A stretch of DNA of 61,221 nucleotides, the filler included, from Squatina squatina (taxonomy: Eukaryota), in NCBI GenBank assembly GCA_031763465.1. It is 3 parts of 3 records of this genome, joined end to end, with 100 filler letters (N's around TTAATTAATTAA, not from the genome) between each part and the next. Parts side by side here need not be neighbours in the genome. Positions count along the whole stretch, not along the records: positions 1 to 22,679 come from JARFOE010000189.1; 2 more parts are not named here. The stretch is one strand, 5' to 3'. The notes under the pieces were generated by a model that was given only the letters and a program-made list of their open reading frames with translations, was not told the DNA's origin and did no database searches. Positions 1 to 12,528 of this stretch are shown piece after piece. A program made the position numbers and the translations under genes. Within the stretch, counting starts at the first letter, position 1, and each line of letters starts with the position of its first letter.

Positions 1-725
1 TACAAGTAAACACATGGGATTTTGTTTGACAGCCCCAAATGCTTTTAAAGCCGACTAAACTTCATGTAATGCAGGTTATTACAGGTTTCTGTCCAGATGA
101 ATTAATTTTACTGTGTTTAATTCTGTTTCCTTAGGGAGATTTATCTGACAGCGTCTTGTGTTTCTTCTACCAGAGAAATGTACTTAAACCCACACATGGT
201 CTCCTGTTACCCAGGGCAACAGCAAGCGACTTAATGGACAGGCCTCTTGCTAATAATAATGAAAAATAAAGATTCTGGTTTCTTGATAAGGTAAATCAGA
301 ATTTTTTTTCTCACTGGTCGGTGAGATGGTAACCAAATGATGATCTTGAACTGTTCCTTATACAGAGTGTAGAATTCTCTGCCATAATGTTGAAGCAGTG
401 TCTGTCTGTGAATTCTTATTAATGGGAATTAATTGTGTGAAAAATCAGAATATTAAAGCTTAGGAGGGATGAGAGGAGAGTGAGATTGGACCAGTTGTTA
501 GTGTGGAGAAAACAGCACAGAATTCGGCAGTGAAAGTGGCCTGATCCCCACTCTGAGTGTTTCTGCCACCTGCACTCGTCCTGATCAACATTACAGCATT
601 AAAAAAAGAAAAGAAAAATTGGGGAGAAGGGGAAGGAGAGCGATGCATGGTTATGATATGATGTATTGAGTTTTAGTATGTGTTTCATAGATTAGATGCG
701 ATTAAATGTTGTCCTCACTTCTCAG

Positions 726-880
726 GCTCACAGACCCAACTCCTCCCACTGAGACCTCGATAGCCCCTCGCCAGAGACCCAAAGCTGGGCAGGCTCCAGC
801 CAACCCTGGGATGCTGCCGATTCAGCCCTCTCTGACACCGCGAAAGAGGCCATCTACCCAGGCAGTCATACCACCATCAG
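726..880 (+). CDS. AAK1: AP2-associated kinase 1, internal exon ([22 protein letters not shown]...TPRKRP)
   Basis: Acceptor ctcag at 721-725 and GT donor at 881. The peptide matches recalled AAK1 [31 protein letters not shown]. Confidence 0.93.
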
Positions 881-1909
881 GTCTGAGATATGCATCCATG
901 TTCTTTGTAGTTTGTTGCCATCCAGGAAATGGCTGTTTACTGTTAGCCTGGGTATTGTTCTAATAATATTGTTTGATGGCCAAAAATTGGTGTATTAGTA
1001 CATTTGCCTTGATAATTGAAAACTGATATGCAGAGAGCAAGCATTTAATATAAAGTTAACATTGTTTATTTTTGACTTTTACTCATTTGATCTTATGGTC
1101 CCCTTGGTTGTACTATCATAATTTAGTTTGAAGTAATTTTCCTATCTACCTTCTCCACACTATTTACGATCTTCTATACCTTTTATAAGATCAGTCTGAT
1201 GCACCTGTCAAGGTTAAAAAGTCCAGGTTTCTCCATTCTCTCCTAATGCCCAAGCTCTCCAATGTGTCAATCTTGCAGCTCTTCTCTGCAGTGTCTCCGT
1301 GGCTTAAATGTCTCCCTTGTGCCGCAGTGCCTAGAATTGGACACTGTAAAAGTACGGTCTGATCCGATCACTGTGCAGTTTGGTTATGACTTCTGACTTT
1401 TACTGTACTGCTTTGGTTATGTAGTTCAACATTNNNNNNNNNNNNNNNNNNNNNNNNNNNNNNNNNNNNNNNNNNNNNNNNNNNNNNNNNNNNNNNNNNN
1501 NNNNNNNNNNNNNNNNNNNNNNNNNNNNNNNNNTTTTAAATTTTTTTTTTTTCCTCCAAGATTAATTCTACAAAGCATTCATTCATAATCGAGGAAGAAT
1601 GTGATAAACGGGGATAAGCAATTTCAGTGTTGAAATCAATACAGATATTAAAATGGAGAAAAAGCACGGGGAACTACGATGTCATCATCCTTATGATTTA
1701 TTTTCTTTGTTAATTTTCAGAATCATTAGTCTAGTCTTCAATCTTCAGTTTTTTTTTACATTTTGTAGTGTGTACAAATAATCATGTCAATTTGTCAGCT
1801 CAGTTTTAGTTTCCGCTCAGTGCATACACAGGCCCTGCACAGTGGATTGGCACTGGATGTTACACGCATTCAGTTGCTCTGCAGCAAGTAGGTGGGCTGC
1901 ATCCATACG

Positions 1910-2290
1910 TCACCTTGGCTCAACTGGTCGCACCCTTGGCTTTGGGTCGCAGTCAGAGCTTCAGCGCGTGACTCGGGCTGCGCCATTTTGAGTTAGTCCT
2001 CCCTGGCTGGTGATGCCAGCCTTTGGAGGAGGCTTGTACACCAAGGCCAGTTGTGCCTGTTCAGGTGGATGTTGAAGATACCATGCCCAGTGTCCTGGCC
2101 GATGGTCCTCCCTCAACCAATAATGCAAAAAAGATCCAAGTCATCCTGTTGCTGCTTACTTGATGTGGCTGGCTCCAAATGGCTGCTGTGTTTATATAAG
2201 ACACTGCACTCCAAACAAGTTAATACATTGTATGAAGCATTTCAAGATGTTTTATTGTAGTAAGGCCCTCTATAAATACAACCTCTTTTA
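1910..2290 (+). mobile_element. Degenerate Deu-domain tRNA-derived SINE
   Basis: Diverged copy of the element at 14225-14612 (tggctcaactggt head, gttgaagataccatg..gtgtcctggcc core, ctataaataca tail). Confidence 0.6.
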
Positions 2291-2556
2291 ACCCTATCTA
2301 CTTGCTGCAGAGGTGTGCTTATCCTTATTGCTGCCCCAATTGTCCCATTGACAAAATGTGATATAACACACAAATGCAGAGCCTGTATTTGTAGTCAGTC
2401 ATGATTTGGGAATGGTGAAAATTCAGTCTGGTCAACTTAGTTATTCCTTGTTTTTCATTTTTTTTTGTGTTTTTACAATATTGTTTTTTTTTTCCAAGGG
2501 TTTATTTTATTACTTTTATTTTGGGTCTGTTTTATTTGCATGTGTCTGTGCACCAG

Positions 2557-2787
2557 TACCACGCCTTGCAGCAAGCTCAGCAGCAAGTCATGCAACAGCA
2601 GATGATGCAGAGCTACTATCTCCAGCAACAGCAGCTTGCCACAGCCATGCAGCAGATGCAGTACATGAGCCAGCAGGCTGCGACTGCCCAGCCACAGCTG
2701 ACCGCCGCACCCCCGCAGCACACAACATTGCCCCCACAGCAGCAACATGCTGCAGCACCACAAGCAGCCTCTCAGGATCAGGGAATG
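2557..2787 (+). CDS. AAK1: AAK1 glutamine-rich (QPA region) exon, 77 codons
   Basis: caccag acceptor and GTAAGA donor at 2788; 231 nt, phase 0/0; Q/P/A-rich peptide lying between other AAK1 exons. Confidence 0.8.
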
Positions 2788-3032
2788 GTAAGAGTTTGCA
2801 AATGAATTGTTTAACCCTTACATAACATACACTATGAAGAGGAATGGGGCTTTTTTTTTAAAAAAGAGCATTGAATTACATAGGATATACAGCACAGAAA
2901 CAGGCCATTCGGCCCAACCAGTCCATGCCGGCNNNNNNNNNNNNNNNNNNNNNNNNNNNNNNNNNNNNNNNNNNNNNNNNNNNNNNNNNNNNNNNNNNNN
3001 NNNNNNNNNNNNNNNNNNNNNNNNNNNNNNNN

Positions 3033-3250
3033 GCAGGAGTAGGCCATTCGGCCCCTCGAGCCTGCTCCACTATTCAACAAGTTCATGGCTGATCTTCGAT
3101 CTCAACTCCACTTTTGCTGCCGAATCTCCAGATTCCTCGATTCCCCTCGAGTCCAAAAATCTATCCATCTCATTCTTGAATATACTCAACGATTCAGCGT
3201 CCGCGGCCCTTTGGGGTAGAGAATTCCAAAGATTCGCAACACTCCGAGTG
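3033..3250 (-). mobile_element. CR1-type LINE 3' fragment
   Basis: Minus-strand peptide VANLWNSLPQRAADAESLSIFKNEMDRFL (ORF2 C-terminus) plus the GGGCCGAATGGCCTACTCCTG tail. Confidence 0.85.
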
Positions 3251-4276
3251 AAGCTAGATAAACACACGAGGGAGCAAAGAATAGAAGGTTGTGCTGATAG
3301 GGTGAGATGAAGAGGGGAGGGAAGAGGTTCGTGTGGAGTATAAAGACTGGCATGGAGTAGTTGGGCCGAATGGTTTGTTTCTGTGCAATACATTATATGC
3401 AATACTATGTAATCCACACGTGTGCATTTTTAGCAGGAATCACTGGATTGTGATCGGGGAAGTAACCCGCAGCCCTGTGTAAAGATTGCACCCATTGGGC
3501 ACTTGTCTATAGCCAGCTGTCTCCCCTGAATTGAACCCCGGTAGATTGTGAGATGCCAGTTTTTAAACGGAGATCGATTTGAATGAGTACAAAATGGCCA
3601 AGACCTCGGTTTCTTCCCCCACCATTGCCCCCCATCATTCCCTTCATTTAGAAATAGTATCATTTTCTGGAAGCTACAGCATTGTGCTTGTATTCTAAAT
3701 GATGGTTTACACATTTATTAAGAGCTGAGTAGGGGAGCCACTGGCTTACAGTGACTAAATAAGTTAACTTTTTTCCATTACATAGGATTTTGTGATTTTT
3801 TAACTTTGTTGGGGTCATGTTCCTTGAATCCATCTGGCTTTCTGTGCAAACTGAAAAACCAGTGGTTTCATTCATGACGCATACGTAGAATTCTCTGAAC
3901 CGTATTCTGCAGATTATCTGTCAATAAACCTGGAGCAACCTTCTCGCCATTTATTCTGCTTTGACTGTGAATGGCCTGAGCACCAAGGTGTTCGAGTGCA
4001 CTGCTAGCATAATAGCTGGAGTAGAGATGCGTGCGGAGAGGCTGAGACAGAAGCAGGGCTCTGAATCACTCTTGCAATCGAGTCATGTGATTAAGTGACT
4101 CTTTGAGATTGCTCAGAATTTTACAGCTTAGCTCGTGATGCGGCCTGAATCCCTCGATTAGCCTGTGTTTTGTAAATTACCCACGCTGCCAGTAATTCAG
4201 TGCGTTTGCTTTGTGCCTATATGTCATCTTTTATCCCTTGTTTCACTGTTCTTCTCTCCTTCGCCTCTTGACACAG

Positions 4277-4378
4277 AAAAACTCATTGAAGGTCTGAAGT
4301 CTCCTGAGACTTCATTTCTGCTACCTGATCTTTTACCTCTTGGTGACCCCTTTGGGAGTACTGAGGATAATATCAATG
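4277..4378 (+). CDS. AAK1: AAK1 C-terminal-region exon ([28 protein letters not shown])
   Basis: Pyrimidine tract plus acag acceptor, GTAAAA donor, 102 nt. Matches recalled AAK1 [21 protein letters not shown]. Confidence 0.92.
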
Positions 4379-4801
4379 GTAAAAATCTCCAGCTGCTTTT
4401 TTTTGATGTGCATGATCATATCGTAGGAATCTGGAGTATTTTCAGCCGTTATGTTCAGACCCCTTTATCGTCANNNNNNNNNNNNNNNNNNNNNNNNNNN
4501 NNNNNNNNNNNNNNNNNNNNNNNNNNNNNNNNNNNNNNNNNNNNNNNNNNNNNNNNNNNNNNNNNNNNNNNNNCAGTGCAGAGAACAGTGTTGGATGTAC
4601 TCCGTACTGTATTGTAAATTGCCCACTATACGCTTGGTTCAAGTTTACAAAAGTTTTAAGTATAAATTTTAAATTGTGAAAGATCCTGTTTTCAGCTGCC
4701 AACTTTGCCAGATTTAAAGCTATTTCTTCCTGTTTAGTACTAACATTTTCTGCTAATCTTGCCTCTTACTATCCATGCCTCCTCCCTTTTACATGCTGCA
4801 G

Positions 4802-4903
4802 AGGATACTAACCTCATCTCAGACTTTGATCTCTCTATTAATAATGACAAAGTGGAAGAAGACGAATTTGACCCCATTCCTGTGTTATCAAAAAATTCAC
4901 AAG
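4802..4903 (+). CDS. AAK1: AAK1 exon ([34 protein letters not shown])
   Basis: ctgcag acceptor and GTAAGG donor, 102 nt. Contains the [10 protein letters not shown] motif of AAK1. Not present in the ORF track in this frame. Confidence 0.9.
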
Positions 4904-5812
4904 GTAAGGTTTGAATTAAAACGTATTTGGTATTGTACTTATCCTCTACCCCCTTTGTTTACATTCTATTTGGCATTCATTGAACCATCGTGGGCCAGGA
5001 GAAAAACAATGCAAGTGTCACTTCAGCAATTCTGACCATTCAGGAATTCCTGTAGAAGTCCTGCAATGTTCTCCNNNNNNNNNNNNNNNNNNNNNNNNNN
5101 NNNNNNNNNNNNNNNNNNNNNNNNNNNNNNNNNNNNNNNNNNNNNNNNNNNNNNNNNNNNNNNNNNNNNNNNNNTTGCCCGGGCTTCACTGGGCGGCAGA
5201 AGCTGAGGTGGAGCAACCGAATAGGAAACGCCATTTGGCTGCAGTCTGTCCGGACTTTTCGTATGCCAAATTCTGCCATATCTGGCGTAAATTCATCAGA
5301 AAATCCGCGGCGACCTCAAGCATAAGCCAACGCTCACGCTTTTCTTTCTCCTGTATGTGCAATGTATTGCATTTCATCGACTCCCTTACCCAGCCGCGGG
5401 GCACAGGCTGAAAAGGGAGCAGGGTTTTGCATGAAATCTTGCTGCTGGGCCTGTCTGCAGAGCAGATGTCGCTGAGCTCCTGGTAGCAGGCGCACTAACC
5501 TGCAAAGCATCCCTCTGCAAAAAGGAACGACTAGGAGTAGGCCTCAAAATATATATAGTAGTGAAAAATGTGTTGAATAAATTTGATCTTTGAGTTTGTA
5601 TGGCTCCTAACATCAACCGTTGCCATAAAATGAAAAACTCCTGGTATGAATTTATAATGTAACAGTATTCAGATAGCTTTGTTCTAACGCTATTCATGTA
5701 CCTCCTGTTTTTATTCCTGTGCAATAGTCAAGCTTAAGCCATTTGAAGTCAATCTGTATTGACTTACTTTGTTTCAATAATTAATGAATTTTCCTGCTGT
5801 GATTATGTGCAT

Positions 5813-5842
5813 TACTACTACTACTACTACTACTACTACTAC
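5813..5842 (+). repeat. (TAC)n microsatellite, about 10 units
   Basis: Directly visible tactactac run. Confidence 0.95.
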
Positions 5843-8084
5843 AACACTAAACTGCATTCTTCCTCCTGCTAATGTTTTTATTGTTGTAACCTGGAGTCTC
5901 CTCTTTGTAACCTGCACTTGTTTCCTTCATTTTGCTTCCAACAGAATTAATTTGTTTTTCTAATTCCATCCGTTGAAATAATGTACATTTGAACTGCCTG
6001 TAAAATTGCCCTCTTTCCAATCTGAAGTTTGATTGCAAGTTTACTCGNNNNNNNNNNNNNNNNNNNNNNNNNNNNNNNNNNNNNNNNNNNNNNNNNNNNN
6101 NNNNNNNNNNNNNNNNNNNNNNNNNNNNNNNNNNNNNNNNNNNNNNNNNNNNNNNNNNNNNNNNNNNNNNNNNNNNNNNNNNNNNNNNNNNNNNNNNNNN
6201 NNNNNNNNNNNNNNNNNNNNNNNNNNNNNNNNNNNNNNNNNNNNNNNNNNNNNNNNNNNNNNNNNNNNNNNNNNNNNNNNNNNNNNNNNNNNNNNNNNNN
6301 NNNNNNNNNNNNNNNNNNNNNNNNNNNNNNNNNNNNNNNNNNNNNNNNNNNNNNNNNNNNNNNNNNNNNNNNNNNNNNNNNNNNNNNNNNNNNNNNNNNN
6401 NNNNNNNNNNNNNNNNNNNNNNNNNNNNNNNNNNNNNNNNNNNNNNNNNNNNNNNNNNNNNNNNNNNNNNNNNNNNNNNNNNNNNNNNNNNNNNNNNNNN
6501 NNNNNNNNNNNNNNNNNNNNNNNNNNNNNNNNNNNNNNNNNNNNNNNNNNNNNNNNNNNNNNNNNNNNNNNNNNNNNNNNNNNNNNNNNNNNNNNNNNNN
6601 NNNNNNNNNNNNNNNNNNNNNNNNNNNNNNNNNNNNNNNNNNNNNNNNNNNNNNNNNNNNNNNNNNNNNNNNNNNNNNNNNNNNNNNNNNNNNNNNNNNN
6701 NNNNNNNNNNNNNNNNNNNNNNNNNNNNNNNNNNNNNNNNNNNNNNNNNNNNNNNNNNNNNNNNNNNNNNNNNNNNNNNNNNNNNNNNNNNNNNNNNNNN
6801 NNNNNNNNNNNNNNNNNNNNNNNNNNNNNNNNNNNNNNNNNNNNNNNNNNNNNNNNNNNNNNNNNNNNNNNNNNNNNNNNNNNNNNNNNNNNNNNNNNNN
6901 NNNNNNNNNNNNNNNNNNNNNNNNNNNNNNNNNNNNNNNNNNNNNNNNNNNNNNNNNNNNNNNNNNNNNNNNNGAGTATTTTTGTACAGATTCTAGTGAC
7001 TAAAGGGGGTCTTGCCGATGACGACGTTGTATCTATACTTCATATTGTAATGTATCCAAGTGATCATTTTCCCAATAAATAATGTTTTGATGCATATATC
7101 TTAAAATAAGCTTTGTATCGTGTTTTAATCTCCTTTCCTGATTATCTCCCCCTACTCCACCACCCCACCCCCCACCACCACCATTTGCAGCTGAAAGCCT
7201 CTGAGGCTGAGCTCTGTGTCCAAATGTTCACATTGCGGAGCAAGCCGGCCTGAACATAGAGAAGGATGGGATGTGGTTCTCCGCCAGCTCCGCAGCTAGC
7301 CACCTTCTCCCCGACTCAGAGTTTGCCAGTCGATTGTCAGGTTCCCCTGCACCAGCCCCACCCCCTCCCCGTCTCCTCCAAGAGTTGGAGAGGTTTTTGT
7401 TTTATTTGAACATCTTTGACCTACAAGGATATTTTGAAAATAGGAATCGATTCCCGGGAATGATTGCAATGTGATATTTGGATGCGGGCGACGATGCAAC
7501 TTGAACTGTTAAAACTGTCTTAAGAAACNNNNNNNNNNNNNNNNNNNNNNNNNNNNNNNNNNNNNNNNNNNNNNNNNNNNNNNNNNNNNNNNNNNNNNNN
7601 NNNNNNNNNNNNNNNNNNNNNNNNNNNNACTGCTAGGCTGCATGCTTTTACTGGAGTGGATTCAATGACCTTGAGAAAGCATAACATTAAGTGCACTTGG
7701 TATTGGCCTGAAGTGCTTACCTCCAGCACAGATGCTTGATGGCTCAGCTGCCAGAATCTCAATGCAAGACTTCTTCAGGATCTAGTCATCGGGGAGAAAG
7801 AAGCAACAATCAGCAATCTTGCAATGCTTTCCCACTCCACTGCCTGAACTGGGGAGGTGCAATTACTCCTAAGCACTACCATCTGCGTATCTAATGACTA
7901 ATGAGAGAAATAGCACAAAGATGTGAACTCTCCAGAATGGTAGAGATCCAAAGCATTCAGATTCAGTCCTTGGGAAGGGCAATGCAGTAAAGGTTATTAG
8001 GGGCCGAATTAAATGATGATAAAATCAGTGGAAAGGGTCAGAGCTTGGGGCAGGTACTGGGGGAAGAAAACGATTGGAATAAAG

Positions 8085-8510
8085 GAACGGGAGGAGGCCA
8101 TTCAGCCACTCGAGCCTGTTCCACCATTCAATGAGATCACGGCTGATCTGTATCTTAACTCCACCCACCTACCTTGGCTCCATACCTCTTTATACCCGTG
8201 GCTAGCAAAAATCTATCGATCCCAGATTTTAAATTATTAATTGAGCCCCAGCATCTACTGCTCTTTGTGGGAGAGAATTCCACACTTCTACCACCCTATG
8301 CATGAAGAAGCATTCCCTAACTTTTCTCCTGAATGGACTGACTCTGATTTTGAGGTTGTCCTTGTCTTAGACTCCTCCACCAGTGGAAATAGTTTCTCTC
8401 TATCTACCCTGTCAATTCCTGTCGAAATCCAAAAAACCTCAATCAAATCACCCCTTAACCTTCGATATACCAGGAATACAAGCCTAGTTTTTATATAATC
8501 TCTCCTTGTA
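8085..8510 (-). mobile_element. CR1-type LINE 3' fragment
   Basis: Similar to 3033-3250 (gccattcagccactcgagcctgttccaccattcaatgagatc) and extends into ORF2-derived sequence. Confidence 0.75.
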
Positions 8511-8979
8511 ATCTAAGGCCAGCTGTATTTATGTTGGCCATGCAGCTATTTGTGCATCACCAATTCCTGATGCACGGGATCCTTGAGTCTGTCAGCAACC
8601 CCAATTTAAATGTGCCATATTCACAGAGTGGCTGCCAGGAAAATCCAGTAAGTAAATTGGTCTTCCACACAGCCAGTATTAGAGAAGCAGGCAGATTTAC
8701 ATTGGAATAAACAGCCAGTGCACGAGGCCCTCACATCAGGACGCAGCACTGCAGACACCCGATAAGGCCATTGTTTCATATAAGATTACATAGGCTATGC
8801 GGCACAGAAACAGACCATTCGGCCCAACCAGTCCATGTTCCACTCAAGCCTCCTCCTGTCTTTCCTCATCTAACTCTATNNNNNNNNNNNNNNNNNNNNN
8901 NNNNNNNNNNNNNNNNNNNNNNNNNNNNNNNNNNNNNNNNNNNNNNNNNNNNNNNNNNNNNNNNNNNNNNNNNNNNNNN

Positions 8980-9380
8980 GTACGCCTTGGTGAGACCACA
9001 CCTGGAGTATTGAGTGCCGTTTTGGTCTCCTTATCTGAGGAAGGATGTTCTTGCCATGGAGGGAGTGCAATGAAGGTTCACCAGACTGATTCCCGGGATG
9101 GCAGGACTGACGTATGAAGAGAGATTGGGTCGATTAGGCCTATGTTCACTAGAGTTTAGAAGAATGAGAGTGGATCTCACAGAAACCTATAAAATTCTAA
9201 CAGGACTAGACAGACTAGATGCAGGGAGGATGCTCCCGATGGCTGGGGAGTCTGGAACCAGAGGTCACCATCTAAGGATACAGGGTATGCCATTTAGGAC
9301 TGAGAGGTTCATATTGAATGGCGGAGCAGGCCCGAAGGGCCAAATGGCCTACTCCTGTTCCTATTTTCTATGTTTCTATA
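8980..9380 (+). mobile_element. CR1-type LINE ORF2 C-terminal fragment with 3' tail
   Basis: Peptides YALVRPHLEY and GLTYEERLGRLGLCSLEFRRMRVDLTETYKILTGLD; tail ctcctgttcctattttctatgtttctat. Confidence 0.9.
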
Positions 9381-9708
9381 TTTGACCCTCCAAAGTCATG
9401 TGATGCATGTTCCCTCCCACCTCCCCCAGTAGCAGAAAACAGGTCAAAATGGAGTGGAGGTTCATGAAGTAATGCAGTATTTCATTCCGAAATCAGTATT
9501 GCTGTATATCCAAAGTCCATTAAAGTTCTGAAGAAAGGGACCCTTTACTGGGAACATCTGCCCCCAGCTAACGTCAAAACACTTGGGCATATGCTGTATC
9601 AGGGCTAGTGTGTAGACTTTGTCCATTCCACTGTTTGCATCCTTAGATACTTTGTCCTTATAATGTTAAGACAGATTTAAGGTAGAACCAGAGGTGGACA
9701 TCACTCAC

Positions 9709-9780
9709 CTGTCCTCGGTTAGGGCCATCAGCGTGGTGCCTCTGGTCGAGAAAACAATGAAAGACATTCTCAGCTGAGGG
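9709..9780 (-). CDS. ANTXR1: Anthrax toxin receptor 1, vWA-domain exon ([24 protein letters not shown])
   Basis: On the minus strand: tttgcag acceptor and GTGAGT donor, 72 nt. Near-identical to recalled ANTXR1 [25 protein letters not shown]. Confidence 0.93.
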
Positions 9781-10309
9781 CTGCAAAAGAACAAAAAAAT
9801 CTGCTCTATCCAGGTAGAATAAAGTTAATCCCAAAATCCCCCCCAAAAACCACCAAAGGCTTTAAAAGTGAGCTGCAGTAACTGTTGCTGCGGGACCAAA
9901 TGTGGCAGCCATTTTGTGCGCTGCAATATCCTACAAATAGCTCAGTGACAATGTCTCGTTGCTTTGGAGAATCTCTAGGAGGAAAAATAAGAGCGCGCTC
10001 CTGTGGGGAAACGCAGGAAGATATTTTACCTGATGAACTTGTGGGCAAGGTGGTCAACAAAGAAAAAAATTTCATTCCAGTGGTGCTGAACGCTCCCAGA
10101 TCTGAAAGTAAAGTTCAGATACACCAATTAGTGTTTCAGACGCACTTCTAAGAATTACATTTCTGATCTTTCTCTTTCTTAAGAACATTAGAAAGTGCTC
10201 TACACAGAAAACCAACATTTGACCTGGCAAGGCAGCTACTTCCATCGTGTACAAGCAATTAATCTTATTTCCATTCCATGTAAAATAATGGAAGTGATTA
10301 TCAGGAGTA

Positions 10310-10535
10310 ATAGTGAAGGTCGTACGTTGTTATGATCTAGGACGCACTAACGGAAAGGGCAGTGGAAGCAGATTCAACAGTTCCTCTCAAAAGAGAATTG
10401 GATAAGTACATGAAGGGGAAAAAATCTGCAGGGCTGTGGGGAAAGGGCAGGAGAGTGGGACTAATTAGATTGCTCTTTTAAAGAGCCGGCACAGGCATGA
10501 TGGGCCGAATGGCCTCTTTTTGCGCTGTTCTATTC
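10310..10535 (+). mobile_element. CR1-type LINE 3' end
   Basis: gtggaagcagattca...gaattggataagtac...gggccgaatggcct; same family as 27850-28110. Confidence 0.75.
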
Positions 10536-10686
10536 TCTGAAAATGCTAGATCATAACATCATACGACGATAGCACTGTTCAACACGNNNNNNNNNNNNNN
10601 NNNNNNNNNNNNNNNNNNNNNNNNNNNNNNNNNNNNNNNNNNNNNNNNNNNNNNNNNNNNNNNNNNNNNNNNNNNNNNNNNNNNNN

Positions 10687-10790
10687 CCACAAACAGCAAT
10701 GTGATAATGACCAGATAATCTGTTTTTAGTGATGTTGATTGAGGGATAAATATTGGGCAGGACACTGGGGAGAACCCCCCCTGCTCTTCA
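10687..10790 (-). mobile_element. Deu-domain SINE fragment
   Basis: Matches 14290-14395 (gaccagataatctgttt..gagggataaatattgg..ggacactgg). Confidence 0.8.
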
Positions 10791-11365
10791 ACATCGTAAC
10801 AACAATCATTGCATTTTAAAGCAGATCATCACATGTGAAGTGCATTGGGCCATTTCTGAGGTGTGACATGGTGATATATAAAGGCAACTCTTTTTTTCCT
10901 TGTTTTTCCATTCTTCAGACCAAGCTTTGTTGTTTCTTCCATTTGAGATGTTTATCTTCTCACTTTCCTCTCCCTTAGGGACGTGACTTGCTACACACCT
11001 GCCCTGATCATGAGGGAAAGGCAGGTGGTCTGTTCCCAGGCGTCTATTAATACCACCCTAACCAGCTACTGGAGTGAGAACAGCATGGTCCAAGGGGCAA
11101 TGCTCCCTTTGATATCCTGCTTTCCGCCATGTCTCTGTTGGGAAGATTTTGACCTCCCTCTAGCATTTCACTAAGAAGGCACAACTGAGATCAGAATGTG
11201 GACAGGCGGGTGCCCACCTCCTGGCCCTCTGCGGTGCTATGTATTAGGGTTCAAGTGCTTTGCCCCACCATACCGCCCCAACAACGGCTGCTTTGAATTG
11301 GTATCGACCAGCTCAAACCATAGAATTCATACGTGGCTGAAGAATTGCTTAAGGCTTTGACTTGC

Positions 11366-11466
11366 CTCTCATGATGGCCACGGGATCTTCGATTTTGGGT
11401 CTGAGGAGATTCACCCCGATGACAGTTGCCAGATTGTCCACGCTCATTTTATTGATGCTGGAGTGT
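11366..11466 (-). CDS. ARHGAP25: RhoGAP-domain exon, 5' part in gap ([33 protein letters not shown])
   Basis: Matches recalled ARHGAP25 [16 protein letters not shown]; syntenic with ANTXR1 and AAK1; ends at AG|GCAAGT. Confidence 0.88.
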
Positions 11467-11877
11467 NNNNNNNNNNNNNNNNNNNNNNNNNNNNNNNNNN
11501 NNNNNNNNNNNNNNNNNNNNNNNNNNNNNNNNNNNNNNNNNNNNNNNNNNNNNNNNNNNNNNNNNNACTTGGAAAGGAAAGCTTCACAGTGCCAAGTATT
11601 CCATTGCCAGCATCAAGCACTCCCGAGTCAAAGGGATAACAAGTATTGTGTGAAGATCCCTTTATTCTACCCGACAATGCGTCTCAGCCTCTAGCAGACT
11701 CCTTTGTACCTATGTTCCATTTTCCATCTCCCACACCAAAAATACTGCATCCTTCTCAGAGTGAGGTCGCCATTTCAATGCAAGCCAGTGCTGAATTGGC
11801 GACTACTATTATTAGTAGAGTTTTTTTTTAAAGTTTCTCCCCGACGTGGGATAATGTCTCTTCATCACCCCACTGAC

Positions 11878-11965
11878 CTTGATGAGTGGAGTTCGGCCAA
11901 AGAAGAATCCAAACATGTAGGCCATGATGTCATTGCAGATCACACAGGAAATGGGCACGATGAAC
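11878..11965 (-). CDS. CDS2: CDP-diacylglycerol synthase 2 exon ([29 protein letters not shown])
   Basis: ctcag acceptor and GTCAGT donor, 88 nt. CDS2-type residues (ISC, IMAYMF) rather than CDS1-type. Confidence 0.93.
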
Positions 11966-12528
11966 CTGAGAAGCAAGAAAGAATGGCCAAAGGTGAAACA
12001 ACATCTGGAGATACAAAGACACACACCATTTGGGGGCTCTTGATCTTTATTCCACATGGAAACCCAAGCCATTCCTTTTCAGGCCTGCATCTGTGCGGTC
12101 TTCGACAACAGCTCTTCGGACCCCTTGTACTGAAGAATGACATCAGGGGTGGGAGCAAGATGGGTTTGGGTTTAGATGGGGTTATGCCAACAGTAAGTTG
12201 CTAAAGCCAAGGAGAGTCTTCAATATATATTGAGTATGGATTCCCTGGATTGCTGTTGGGAAGGTTACATAGAATATACAGCACAGAAACAGGCCACTCG
12301 GCCTAACCACTACATGCCAGCGTTTATGTTTCACTCGAGCCCCCTCCAACGCGATTAGTATAACCCCTTATTCCCTTCTCCCTTATATGCTTATCTAGCC
12401 TCCCCTTAAATGCATCTATACCATTCGCNNNNNNNNNNNNNNNNNNNNNNNNNNNNNNNNNNNNNNNNNNNNNNNNNNNNNNNNNNNNNNNNNNNNNNNN
12501 NNNNNNNNNNNNNNNNNNNNNNNNNNNN

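Noticed and set aside
6029-7082. 324-aa and 349-aa ORFs (and many other X-containing ORFs)
   Set aside because: They consist almost entirely of N gap (6048-6973); artefacts.
7191-7253. Possible terminal exon LKASEAELCVQMFTLRSKPA* after ttgcag
   Set aside because: It does not match the C-termini I recall for the expected neighbours (AAK1, NFU1, GFPT1) and is too short to support without a search.
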